From Takakia lepidozioides (taxonomy: Eukaryota; Plantae; Bryophyta): a stretch of DNA of 64,000 nucleotides. The stretch covers positions 16,058,001-16,122,000 of the forward strand of contig CM060734.1 of NCBI GenBank assembly GCA_030704615.1, given 5' to 3'. This document shows positions 12,551-24,832 of this stretch, one piece after another (position 1 is the stretch's first letter; each line of letters begins with the position of its first letter). The notes beneath the pieces are model-generated. The model had not been told where the DNA came from. It did no database searches and worked only from the letters and a program-made list of their open reading frames with translations. The position numbers were made by a program, and so were the translations under genes.

Positions 12551-15214
12551 GTCAGTGCATCCTACCTCGTTATCACCTGCGAAAGCTCAGCTTTTCCTTA
12601 TCGGTATTCAGTTTATCTACTAATGTAAGGATATTAGTTCTCTCTCTCTCACTCTCTCCCTCCCTCTTCGGCATATATTCCCTGAACTTGTTTCCAGTTT
12701 GTCACAAAGGTGAGGACCTTAAGGATGAGCTGAAGGGCCTGCCTGCCCACGGCACTGTGCCGAAATACAAACTCAAGGTGGGAGTCTTCCTTTCAATAAA
12801 CAGATGCAGAGAGGAAAGGGAGATTGTCAATGCCCAATGCCGGAAGACATTATCCACTTTTTGAAACAAGAATGCCCAGTACACCACGGGCATTGGCAAT
12901 CCACTTTTCCTCTCTACTTCTGTTTGTTGTCCAAATGTAGGCTTCTCGCATGGAGTTTACATTCAGTTTACAGCCAAGATTGACCTGAATGGGCCTGAGC
13001 TTTTGGCTTAGCCTTCACATTTACAAAGTTGGTAAATAGGGGCACATGAACAATTCCCTGAATGGATTCTCACGGGCATTTGCCATCTCCCTTCCTCTCT
13101 AATTCTGTTTGCTGCTGAAAGGTAGGCTTAATCCTGCCTTAAGTTTAAATTCAGTCTAGTGCCGAGAGTGTGAAAGGGGTTGAGCCTTGGCTGTCTCAGC
13201 CTCGAGATTTTTGAAGTTGGTAGATACAGAGTAGGCACAGACCTGCAAATAGATTTGAAGAGGGCTCTGGACCGAAACTTCTCCGCAACAACTTTGATTG
13301 TAACTAACATTTGGCAAGGACTCAAGAGCTCGAGTTATGAAATGAACGGATGGTGTTTTGCACTCTGGCCTCCTTGGTTTGCGAGAGTACTCGTTGGAAA
13401 TCTGACTTGTGAAACTTGTAATTGGAAGCAGACATAAGATTAACATGCTTTTTGGAGGGCTGCAGAGGTCAAACTGTACCACCAGAAGGGGAGTCAACAC
13501 CAATATTCAAGCCTTCAGCACTCATATTTTGAGCTCGAGATGGTGGGTGGTCTGGCCCTTCACTGCATTTTTGAGAATGATGTGTGCTGTTAGAAAGGGA
13601 CAACTGTCATTTGCCTCGGGACCAAATCCCATCTGAATCAGCAAGGTCTCGTGGTCTGTATCCACCAGAGATGTGTAGTTTCAGATGAAGTCAGGGGGAG
13701 AGAAAGAGGAAAGGAACTCTGCAGGACGCTTATCAGACAAAGAAAACAGGAAACATCCTTGGGCTGGGGAGACTTGTTTCCCGAATAGTAAGTTGCATCT
13801 CCAGACAGAATGAGACCACAACCTCCAATTTAGTCGAGTTGTGGTTGCCATGAAGATGGGCTTCTGGGGTATAGATACATGACAAACAATATACATGCCC
13901 ACATGAAAGAGGAAGCATTCTGGCAAATCTTAGCCTTTACAGAATTGCCACTGTAAGACAATGTTTTCTTCACAATTGTTCATGTATTTGTACAGCAAGA
14001 GCGCCATCGAAATCAGATTCTAAATCACTAAGTCAGCTTAGTGGTTCAATGTTCAGTGATGTTAATCTGCCAAGACATTGATTCAGTTAGACATGCATGC
14101 CCAGTTGAGTGATGGATATACTCACTGAGCACTCCCTTCGAACTTTGCCTTTGGAACTAGAGCAGGCTGGCCAAGACATGAGATACTCAGCCCAGAATAG
14201 CCAGATCGCTCTTGCTCAGCCAACAATATATCTGGTTACTGTTGGTTTATGGGCTGGCACTGATAGCCTAAAGTGGATTCCAGCACTGTTCCTCTAGTCC
14301 TGTACTTGTAACAAATGTGACAAATGTAGCTGAACTTCCAGTCATTATCTGCTGAGCAAATGGGTACGAAAGCGCGATGGAGAGGACAACAGGGGATGGA
14401 GAGGTGGTTTGGGATCACCTCAAACATAGAGTGTGCCACATCCAGTACAAAGGCTTGGAGCTCCTCTTGCACACCTGAGAAGGCCCAAAAAATTCGGACG
14501 GGCTCCCACTCAAAGGGTGGAAGACAGGCTGCAATTCCAGAGCCAAAAACTTACCATCATTCGAAAGACTTTTACTGCCTTCTCCCATGAGAGCTTAGAA
14601 CACGTCCCAAGCTCAAAAGATGACTCTACTTGCAAGAAACATTGACTCACTGGAAACAGATACCATGTGGACATCCAAAGAAATCACATGGTGTGGACAC
14701 CGGAAAGAATTAGGTCATATTTTCACTTTTTTGGTACCCCTAAACTACCCAACCTTGACCAAAGGAGAAGGGGTAAACTAGGGCCATACTCTGTAGCCAT
14801 GTTTCCCATCCTGTACACAACGTTCAACCTCCACTGTGCCCGAGGAGCCCACAGCCTGCCAGCTCACCTGCACATCAAATTTTCTTTTGGTACTGAGAAA
14901 TATTCTTCCTGGATCTCAGAAAGAGAGATGCAAAATACAGACACATGGCTGGACACCCATAATCAGCCAACTTTGCTTTCAATAGACCCCACATACAATT
15001 AGGACTGAGAAGGAAGTGGGTAAGAAGTGGGTAAGAAGAAGGGCAGTGCGAGTGTTTTCAGAATATCCCAGTAGAACAATGAATGAGCATTCCCTGCGGC
15101 TACAAATGGAACTCTTTCTTCATTATCATTACACCTCCCACTATAGTCAACCTTCAGTCTCTCTTCAAAACTTGACATCACTGCAACTGAGCATCCATGC
15201 CAAGCTGCCTTGAA

Positions 15215-15725
15215 TTTGGTTATCTCGGATTAGTTCATGGCATGGTCGTACTCTGCCCTCTAGACTATAGGTGAGATACTCTGGAAAGTCAACCACCTCT
15301 TTGAGATTCCGTTTCATTTATTAACGCTCAGGGCCAACAGTTGCGGGCAGTCAGTGACCATCACCAACAAGCTTTGCCCTAGCCGTCCCAATGGCACATT
15401 GATAACAAGAATTTGCGGAAGCTTTTCCAAAACCTGTCCCATCCTGTCTTTACTGACACCAACTTTGGCAGTGAGCCAGGGCAACTTTTTTGCCAGTCTT
15501 TCCTTCACCCTAAAATGTCAGGAAAGTACACGAGAACATGTGCAATTGCCTCATTTCTCACCCCCTACTTCCAGCAAGCTCTCAACAGCAGGCCGCATGT
15601 GGTCAGCTAGGTCAAATCCTAATATGAAGGGCCGTTTCTCGATCATGTTTGCAACGATTGGCCTTGGAATTCCCAAGCTCGTGAGGTAGTCCACCTTTGG
15701 TTTGATGTTGTTGCCTAGGGAGGTC
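15215..15725 (-). pseudogene. mTERF (mTERF4/BSM-like) fragment with internal deletions
   Basis: IKPKVDYLTSLGIPRPIVANMIEKRPFILGFDL...EKLPQIL...CPQLLAL...MKRNLKEVVDFPEYLTYSLEGRVRP. Confidence 0.8.
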
Positions 15726-15967
15726 ACTATATGTATTTTTTCCATATCAAGTGCGTGCAAAGGTATATTTGTATTAGGCGGTTGCCTCGCGCGTAAAATG
15801 AGGCGCTCTCTATGTACCTATGCGCTCTTCACCGCTAAAACCTCCACTAGTCAACATACTCTAGGGTTCTGCCTTTTCAATACACCTTTCTATGTACTTC
15901 TGCTGACTTTTTTAGCGGCTAGGCTAAACTAGACCCCGTTTTCTCTTATCTCCTGCTATGGCGGTGC

Positions 15968-17213
15968 TTGCCGTCGTCCTTAAGATCACTACGAATCTCT
16001 CTGATCAGCCCATACCACCCCCTGATACTTGCACCCTCACTACAGCAACCATCTATGGCGGATCATCCTGTCCTATTTCTCACTTTAAATCTTCTGAATA
16101 GAGCTAGTGCTACTTTAGCTTGCCCCCCCGCTGATCTCAACGCCCACGCACCAGAACAGTCGATTAACAACGCGGAGAGACGGCTCCACCGCTACAGCAT
16201 AGAGCTCGCAAGACAAGGTGCACACCCGGCCGAAGCAACACAAGCAACCCATCTGGATCACACAAATGCAAGACAACACTACTTAAAAGCGCGCCCGAAT
16301 GACGAAGGCTGCTATCTATTGACAACACCCAGCAGCCTCTTGGTAGAAACTGCGCTACACCACCAAGACTACTGTACATCGGAGGAAGAAGCGTTCCAAA
16401 CATTCTGCGCTGAACACGTCCCAACCTCGATTGACGTATGGAGATCACCCTCACCAACTAGAAGAAGTGAGTCTGTGGACGAGACAGCAGACAGAAATTT
16501 TGCTTTACTCACACATCGAGATAGAAACCTACATAGGAGCGGCAGATCCTCAAGTGCAACCTCCGCTCTTACCACGATCAAAAGAGTACTAGAGGAGCGG
16601 CTCTATTCACAGATCACACAGCGCACGATCAAGCAAAAACTCTTACAAGGAGAATTCCTCAATTGGAGACAACTTGGACTCTCGCAAAAACTCTGCCTTG
16701 AGGAACAAGATGGAGCACTCACGCACTCAGAACCATACCACAAAATTAATACTATGTGGGTTGATGAGTTTATACATGGCCATGGTGCCCTACTTCTACG
16801 ATCCCTCCATTTCACCCACGTTGGATCTGCCAATGAAGAGTACACACAAGCATTTTCAGGTATTCCTGCTTCCCCAGCTCGGGCCAGAGAAGGTGACCTG
16901 GTGGTATACCCGACGGCCATCTTTGATGAAAAATGGTCTGCTGGCTTGGAGCCAATACTTGGATGGAGGGGCTACCAATCAGCAATATATGGATTAGAAG
17001 TGAGGATATAATTCCACACATGTGGACTTCTGGGTTAGGGAACCCCAGCAATGGAAATTGGTGGTTTCTACAGACTATATCAGCTCAACTCATGAGCTCA
17101 TCAAGGTCACACATCTCCATGAATGGGCACCGGCCCAGATTGTCCGCTTGCAATCTGGGCAAACTTGGTCTTTATCGGCTGACCTCCGAAGAAAGTGGCA
17201 GGCCACTAACTGA
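15968..17213 (+). CDS. Intronless hypothetical protein (347-aa ORF plus probable frameshifted continuation), likely TE-associated
   Basis: Long ORF with protein-like composition. No domain recognised. Confidence 0.4.
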
Positions 17214-17539
17214 GGAGGTCTCATGCTGCGACAAAGTCCTGCAAGTCATAGAGGACCAGATCAACTGCTATCTACTCTGCGCCTCCTTACGCCGTCTCTG
17301 GGACCCAGGTGCAGACATGACGGCTGCTGCTGATACCGAGGACATTGAGTTGTCCTGCTTCCCCCCCCCTGGGCAGACCGATCCCCTCTTTCTGTTACCA
17401 ATCCAAGCCCCAACGGTAAGCACCCGCCTTCTCAATTTCTGCAAGAGTGCCATACAAGTTAGTAGCTTCCAGAATATGATTACTAACAATATTATTCAAC
17501 AATTGAATTGCTCCTATTGTTGTTGAAACCCTGTAAGAT

Positions 17540-18290
17540 TTTATTTACAACATGTACAATGGGCGAATGTACATAAGATGAGAAGTTCCCAAAAGGGGGG
17601 GAAAGAAACAAGAAACAAGAGGAAGAAAACAAAATTATAGTAAGCTACGCAACCAAGAAGAAAACAAAAGCTATAGTAGGCTACTCAACCAGAACGACCC
17701 TCCCAGCCAACAGCCTGGAGGAGATCAGGCAAAGAGATAGACAAAGTGTCAAGCATAGGCGGAAGATGAGATGACGCGGAGCCAGCCACATCAGCCCGAT
17801 GCAAAATAGATATGGCTTGTGCTCTCTGCAAAGCAACTGAAACACGCTGCCGATAGTATGCGACAAGGATGGAGGCATCCGGGATGCCAGTGGATCTGCT
17901 CTGCGCTGCATAATGTGCACATGTCCGAAGGAAATCATCGAAGTGCCTGTGCAAGGAGCCAAATATCTTGACCGCCAGCGGAAGAAATTTGTCGGTGGGG
18001 TCACGATCACTGTAGTCGCGCTCCTTGGCCTGAACTGCTATAGTGGCTGCCGTGCCTTGTGTGGTGGCTGCGCGAGTTAGCAGATCTGCTCGAGTGGGGT
18101 CGGCGAGAACAACATCTGCAAGGGTACGCAGACCATCTCTGGAGAGAACGATGTCAACACGGCGGCGTGTAGAGTGGGATATGAGCGTCGACTGAAGATG
18201 GGGCTGCTCACGTAGTACATGATACCCTGCCTCCCGAGCAACAGATGCCACCGCATCACGAACCATATCTGATACCACATCATGTTGTAC
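17540..18290 (-). mobile_element. 3' end of a CRE-like non-LTR retrotransposon (restriction-like endonuclease)
   Basis: HD..VRDAVASVAREAG..RRVDIVL..TLADVVLADPT..AKERDY..FLPLAV..FG..RVSVALQRAQA, followed by a T-rich 3' UTR and AATAAA. Confidence 0.8.
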
Positions 18291-18339
18291 TAACACCGTT
18301 TGCTCCAAGATCCTCCTATCAAAATAAACAATGGTCACT

Positions 18340-19268
18340 CCAAGACCAAAGCTTTTCTACTATAAATCAAACTGGAAACATCCACAGGCTTCTGGAAAAA
18401 AATGACATACAGCTTGCTACACCCACCTCCCACAATGTAAAACCCCAATACTGGATCTTGCGTTGCTCGACCACTCTTTCTACTCAGCACTTGCTATTAT
18501 CCTCCCCCAACGCTCAACAAATTCGTAATAAGTACAAACCCCAGAATAACTATATACCACCACTACAATAACTAGACACACCCAAGATATCCCCTGGCAC
18601 CTTGTCCCTATACTCACCTGCATAACCCCTGGAATAATACTTTGCCCAGCACAGACTGCCCCACCTCACATACATTACCTACTGCAAAAACAACCACATA
18701 CCTAGGTACATGGCAGCCACAGCTATATGCAGATGCAACATTAAAGCACCTGCGGTCGGCAACATATTCAGCAATCCGATTAGAACCCAAAACATGCAAG
18801 CAAATATTATTGTAGCTCTTAGAAGAACCACACACTCCACTCAACCCATATACAGGCTGTTATATGACCATTTCCAGGAACCCACAATACCCTATAACCA
18901 CATACTAATTACAACAAGGCACACCTTAGCCCCCATTAAATGGCCCCTGCTAATTGGACAACTGAGGCAAACTGAATACCAATTACAAACACCTATATAC
19001 GCTATGATCCCAAAAAACCAGTTCCAAAAATCCATACTGATCCGCAACCACACAAGAATTGAAACAAGCTACACCTTGGCCCCCTTTAAAGAGCCCCTGC
19101 TAATTGTATGCTTGAGGCAGACTGGAATCCAATTACAAACACCTATGACTCAAAAAATATAGCTGCAACATATGTTGCCCCACGATGACAACCTTGGCCC
19201 CCCTTACCACTATCAAAACACCTCCATAAACACCCCCTCACCACAGTATACCATTCAAAACATTCTCA
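18340..19268 (+). mobile_element. A/C-rich degenerate sequence, probably LINE-derived
   Basis: Composition and a CCCCTGCTAATTG motif shared with 26700-27700 on the minus strand. Confidence 0.35.
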
Positions 19269-20910
19269 TGCAAGCAGCAGTGGGACGTCAAGTGGAACAG
19301 GAGCTGGGAAGTCCACCCAAGCTCCTGCTGCAGCACCAACACCCGTGCCTGCCTTTAACCCAGTTGTGGAGTTCTTTGAGGAGTTAAGGAGAAACTACCA
19401 GGGGATAAGGACGAAGAAATTGCGGAGTTTGCAAGAGTTCCAACGAAAGCCTGCCAAGAGTTTGAGGGAGGCTTACACTCGCATGAGGCGCTTGATAAAC
19501 GTAACCCAAGGGGTTATAGAAGCTCAGGCAGTCCAGTTCTGGTATGGGATCCTAGACAAGGAGCCGAGGAGAAGGGTGCGGGATGCAACTCTCCTACAAG
19601 TGGACCAACCCACCTTAGCAAATGTGTTTTTGCTGGCAGAGCGGATAGAGCTCAATATGGTGGAGGAGCGAGTGGTCATGGTGGGGTTTGGTCAGGAGAC
19701 ACAACGAAGTGGGGCTCCTAGCCAACAACAACCACTACCCCAACGTGCTCAAGGCAACAAGGGGGCTCAAGCAAAGCCCAGGGAAGGGCCGAGAGGATCT
19801 CAATTGCAGAGGTCACTTCCTTCATTCTCAGGCCAACAACAGTCGGGTGTGACATGTTGGGATTGTGGAGGACCCCATGTTAAGAGAGATTGCCTGGAAA
19901 GAGGAAAAGGGCCGGCACAGGCACAGCCTACACAACTACAATGTGGCAAGTATGGGCATGAAGAGGCCCATTGTTATGACTTGCATCCTGAGCTGGCCAG
20001 GCCAGTTCCAAGGGAACAATGGTGGCCGAGGACGAGGCAATGTAGTCCAGAGAGGTAGAGGAGGCAGAGGTCAGGGTGGAGGACGTAACCAAAACCAAGG
20101 AGCACAGGGTCAGGGTCAAGGTCATGACCAAGGCATAGAGGATAGACTTGCCCAGCTAGAGCAACGTCTTGCTGCCATGGCCACTACTCATGTTGCGCCA
20201 GCTCCAAGGCTTGAGGTTCAAGCCCCACCTGCACAACCTCCTATGCCTAGGGAAGACCAGATTGGTATGGGTTTCATGTGTGGAGCCGCACTTGCAGGAC
20301 CATTGCATGTGGACTCTGCAGCTGCTGTCACTTGAGCAACAATGCGTGCTCCTGAGCCAAGAGGAGCGGATGTGGATTTTGATCCACAAAGAGGGGAAGC
20401 AAGTCGGCAGACAAGGCTTCCACAGTCTTTCACATTGGCTGAGACAGTGCCAACTATGCCATCGATGGCACCCGCTCGCCCAAGTGTGTCAGAACTAGAG
20501 CCACGAGTGTCATTGGGGAGAGTTGGTGTGGCTCGGGAAATGCCAGTGGGTGGTGCAGCAAAGCAAGGTGCAGCCAGTACATTGTTGGGGGCGACTACGG
20601 CAATTTGTCAAGCTCCATTGTTTTCTGTCACGACAATTGCAATGCCGGGGATATGGCCAGCTGCAGTGTTTAGACTGGCAGCTAGACTCTGTGAGAGTGG
20701 TGATGCATTGGCACTATCTGCAGGGATAGCGGATCAGGTGCAGTGCATGGATGCCCTAGATTCAAGGGTGAAGGCAGCCACAGCTGCGCCATGGCAAGCG
20801 GCTGCTGCAAGGTTGCAAGAGTTGCCAGCTAGACCAGCCATTGAGCGTAGTATGGTGACTCCTAGGGTAGTCCTGGTGGACAATCAGGATGGTGTGTTTC
20901 AGTTGAGTGA
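19269..20910 (+). mobile_element. gag to pre-protease fragment of split-repeat gypsy, subfamily 2 (inverted segment)
   Basis: FNPVVEFFEELRRNYQG..zinc knuckles..RGRG tract. Homologous to 53850-55450. Confidence 0.9.
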
Positions 20911-20943
20911 GGATTGTGGAACCCCAGGTGAATCACAGATCCC

Positions 20944-21297
20944 TACACTAGAAGCATTCGTGTCTTTTCCGAATCGACTGGGTGTCCGCCAACCACTCCG
21001 GGAACCACTTGGCAGTAAGCGGGACTACTGGAGAGTCGAAACGGACAAGGTGGGCCCACGGGGGCATTTCAGACGGAGGCAGAAGTGGGGTCAACGACTC
21101 CGGAGTCGTAGCAAAAATCCGGGCTATTTAATTAATTGCGTAAATACATAAAATTTAAAAAAATGGAAATTACAAGTGGTTCTAATTACTGCACATGCGA
21201 CTAGAAATTTTTCATTCCTAATTTGATTAATGGAATAAAGATATTTATTCATTAAAGTGAATATGTAGTCGACTCAACGATTCCATGAACCACTGCG
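20944..21297 (-). repeat. ~350-bp dispersed repeat, copy 2
   Basis: Reverse-complement match to 10743-11089. Confidence 0.85.
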
Positions 21298-24200
21298 AAG
21301 CTGCCGGTGTAGCTACCGGTGTCACCACTGCCCTTGTGCCTCTAGTGATGGAAACATAGTCAGGTGATCAATACACCCGCCATTCCTCAATCTCCACCTC
21401 ATGTCCCCGCCTAAACTCATGGTAGTCATCCATGGGCGGCCCCTCAAGGTGCTGAAACAGCCCCTTCCACACCATAAAAGGTGTAAACAGTTGTGGATTG
21501 TGCATCTGCTGCAAATCACACCAACTATCAAACTCCTGTATGAAATCATCAAGCTCGATGGTGCCCACAGCTCTCGAGTACCGACGTGGCCCCTTGGTAG
21601 CTCCATACATTTCCTCCATCGTATCCCACAACAATGGCACGGAAATGGCTTGCACCCTCGGCGAGAATCCTCCTAACTCTGAGTCTGAACCTTCCTCAGA
21701 AGACACTGAAGGTGAAGGTGGCCTAAACCGCACACCTCGTCTTGTATACCCACTAGTATCGCTGGTGCTCGTACCGGCACTCTCCTCAGCAACTGGTGGC
21801 ACCTCCGTGATGAAAACTCACAACCACACCTGTTGTAAACCTGTCTCTAATCCCCCTTTCCACAAGGTAACCGGGTAGAGAACCTGTTGCGGCTTATGGC
21901 TTAGACTACTAGGTTCGTAACATAAACCTGCACCTGCATCCACCGCAAGCACTCATATGGTCTGCTGGTCATCAACCCAGCCTCACCGTAAGAGAAACAA
22001 TGGTGGTCTGACTGGTCATCACCCCAGCCTCACCACCGACAACATGCTCTAGGATTGGCCGGTGATCAAATCTGGACCAACCTCCTATGAAAACAAGCGC
22101 CCACACAAAATTGACATGGCGCACAATCAAGCATGCAGGTGTGGGGGGGGATCCAAACACAAGAAAATCAAGACAGTAACTCCCCCACACCAAAAACAAC
22201 ACTCCACAGTGTCGCTCCTGCAAGGACACCCCAGCCCAAACCCGGACTGACTCTTGCCTCCACCTACGGAAAGGTTTTGGCCTACATAGAGGGTGGAAGA
22301 CTACGAGGAAGAGAGACTAAAGCAATTCCTAATCCCATAATGCTCTCATCCCACTAGTCTCCCCCTATCTCTAAACGCTCTTGCTCATGACCAACAGACA
22401 TAACTACCTTCCAGGGTCTCTCAAATAACTCTCCAAGAGCCCTCAAGATGACTCTCAAACAATCTCACTAAGGCCCCCAAAGCCTGCCAAATCTTGGCCC
22501 TCAAGGACCCCAAAAAGTCCTTCAGACAAGTTGCCAAAGACTCCTTAAGCTCGCCAAATATTAGCCTCCAAGGACCCCAAAATAATCCTCCAAATAGCCC
22601 TCCAAAGCTCTAAATGTTTTCCAAATATTGGTCTTCAAGGACCCCCAATAGTCCTCCAAACTCCCATTCAAGAGCTCTTCAAGTGTCTTACAAAAACTCC
22701 TCAAAGGACCCCCCAAAGATCCTCCAAAGGCAATACTCCTCCAGATACACCCTAGATGTCATACACTTTTAATGAAAAAGTATGGTAGGCAAAGTCTCTC
22801 CACTTGTATCCATACACTGTTCAAAAAAGTGTATGGTGGGGCAGAGGGAGCCCATACACTGTTCACAGAAACGTATGTTGGGCAGAGGGGGCCCATACTC
22901 TGTTCACAAAAGTGTATGTCGGGCAGAGGGGTTCCATACCTTGTTCACAAAAGTGTATGATGTGCAGAGGGAGCCCATACACAGTTTCTTGAAGAGTATG
23001 GAGACTAGGGTTTGTAGAGTATAGTAAGAAACACCTTCTTCATGGTATCTTCCCCCCTAACATGCATGCAAGATTGCATTATCTTACTTTGCAATGCATT
23101 CATCCCAAATTGACAAGTTCCTCTTGATCTCCTTGGAACTCATAGCAAGCTAATGTGCCCAATGACAAGCGCCAAGCCTTGCTTGAATTTGAATTTTGTA
23201 TTCCATCTTCCATGTGCTTTCCCTTGCATGGGCTAGTCACACACACTTCAACCTCTTGACCTAGGTGTTCTCTTCATTCATCATAATGTGTATCCACACC
23301 TCTATTCAAGAGCTCATATTCTCAAACTTGAAATCACAAGCCCTAAAGAGCATGCTCCACATAAGCATCACTTGCTTGATCAACCATCCACCACAAAAAC
23401 TTAAGCAAAAAGGGAATGAATACATGAGCTTCACCTTCCCCTTCCTTGTCTTGTCACATGCTAATGTATGGTTGAAGTTGCTATGCATGCCGTGAGCCAC
23501 AATCTCCTTTCTTCATGAAGACCACCTCCAATGATCTCCCACATGTGCTCCAAGCTCTTCAATACTCTAGGCTTGGTTTCACATCATCATGGATAGAATT
23601 CTCACCCACATGCTTCCCTTTGGAGTCATCTTGAGCTTCTTGATGCTCTCCAAGTGGTTGCTTTTGTTGTCTTCAAGCCCTAGCCTATGTAGCTCATTGG
23701 CTTTTCTTCCACAACAGGAACCACCTCATACACAAGGAATGAACTTGCTCACTTCACCTTCTAGCTCTCCTCAAGCTTGAATTGGTTGGAAAGCATGCTC
23801 CACACATGCGCCACTTGCTTGGTCAATCACTTGCTTCACCAAGAGCAATCCAAGAACTCATAGAACTAGCAAAAGCACTCCCTTCTAGTGCCGCCTTCGC
23901 TTGCTTGTTTGTCAACCAAATGAAACCCCACTTGGATTCATTTCACCATGGATAGAACAACCACTTTTTAGCTTCTCTTGAGCTACTCAATGCTCCTCAA
24001 GCTACCCTTGTTGTACTCCTTCTATGGTGTTTCCAACCCAAGCATGTGCCGCTCTTTGGCTTCTCTTTCACACCATGAACAAGTACTAGAGCTTGCTCTT
24101 GAAACCCTAGTGTTTATCTTCTCCACACACAAGACGCTTCTCTTGTGATGCAAGAGCTCTTTTCCAAGCTCTCAAACCCTTAGTGCACATACAAGCACTT

Positions 24201-24832
24201 ACCTTGCAAAACCATGCAATCTTTGTGATACAAGAGCTCTCTCCTTAAGCTCTCCACCTCTGTAAAGTCTTGTAACTCAAGAGCTCTCTCCTTGAGCTCT
24301 CCACCTCTTTGATGCAATGCAAAAACACTCCTCCTTGCAACACCTTGCAAGGCTTGTGAGATACTTGAGCTTTCCTAGCTCTCTCACTCCTTGGTGTACA
24401 CCAACACAAGTGCTAAAACTAATCCTTACACTCCGCACTCACAAGCATAAGGTGATCTTCTTGTAGTGATAATGGAAGTGAACACACAATGGAAACACTT
24501 CACTCATGAATCCACTCAATCACATAAACTAAGTCAAGCCAAGGGCACATTTGCTAAAGGAATCCACCCTACAAAGCCCTCACCACACTCCCTCTCAATA
24601 CCTAGAGCTATGGAGGTGGGAGAGGCTCATGGAGGCTCAACTACAAGAAGATGAGCCCTCCTCAACACTCACAAGGGGAAAACCCATCCCCATGTCCCAA
24701 GTGAGGTTTGACACCTCACTTGGCATGTGAGACCAAATGAAGTCCCAACACACAAAATACAAATATAAATCCAAAATGTCCTAGTTAACTAGAAGTAGGT
24801 AATTCTAGTTAACCATGACTAAAACCATGACA
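21298..24832 (-). mobile_element. 5' arm of split-repeat gypsy, subfamily 2: X1 repeat, ~2.7-kb leader and gag N-terminus
   Basis: Starts TGTCATGG at 24832. 24480-24832 matches 60262-60608. Gag motif IELDDFIQEFDSWCDLQQ at 21368-21802. Confidence 0.85.
22811..22985. repeat. ~41-bp minisatellite (4-5 units) with internal hairpin CATACAC/GTGTATG
   Basis: CATACACTGTTCACAAAAGTGTATGxxGGGCAGAGGGxGCC repeats. Confidence 0.85.

Noticed and set aside
10743-21297. Pack-MULE bounded by 350-bp terminal inverted repeats
   Set aside because: No TSD. The right copy lies inside the 19269-21297 inversion, so the two copies were originally in direct orientation.
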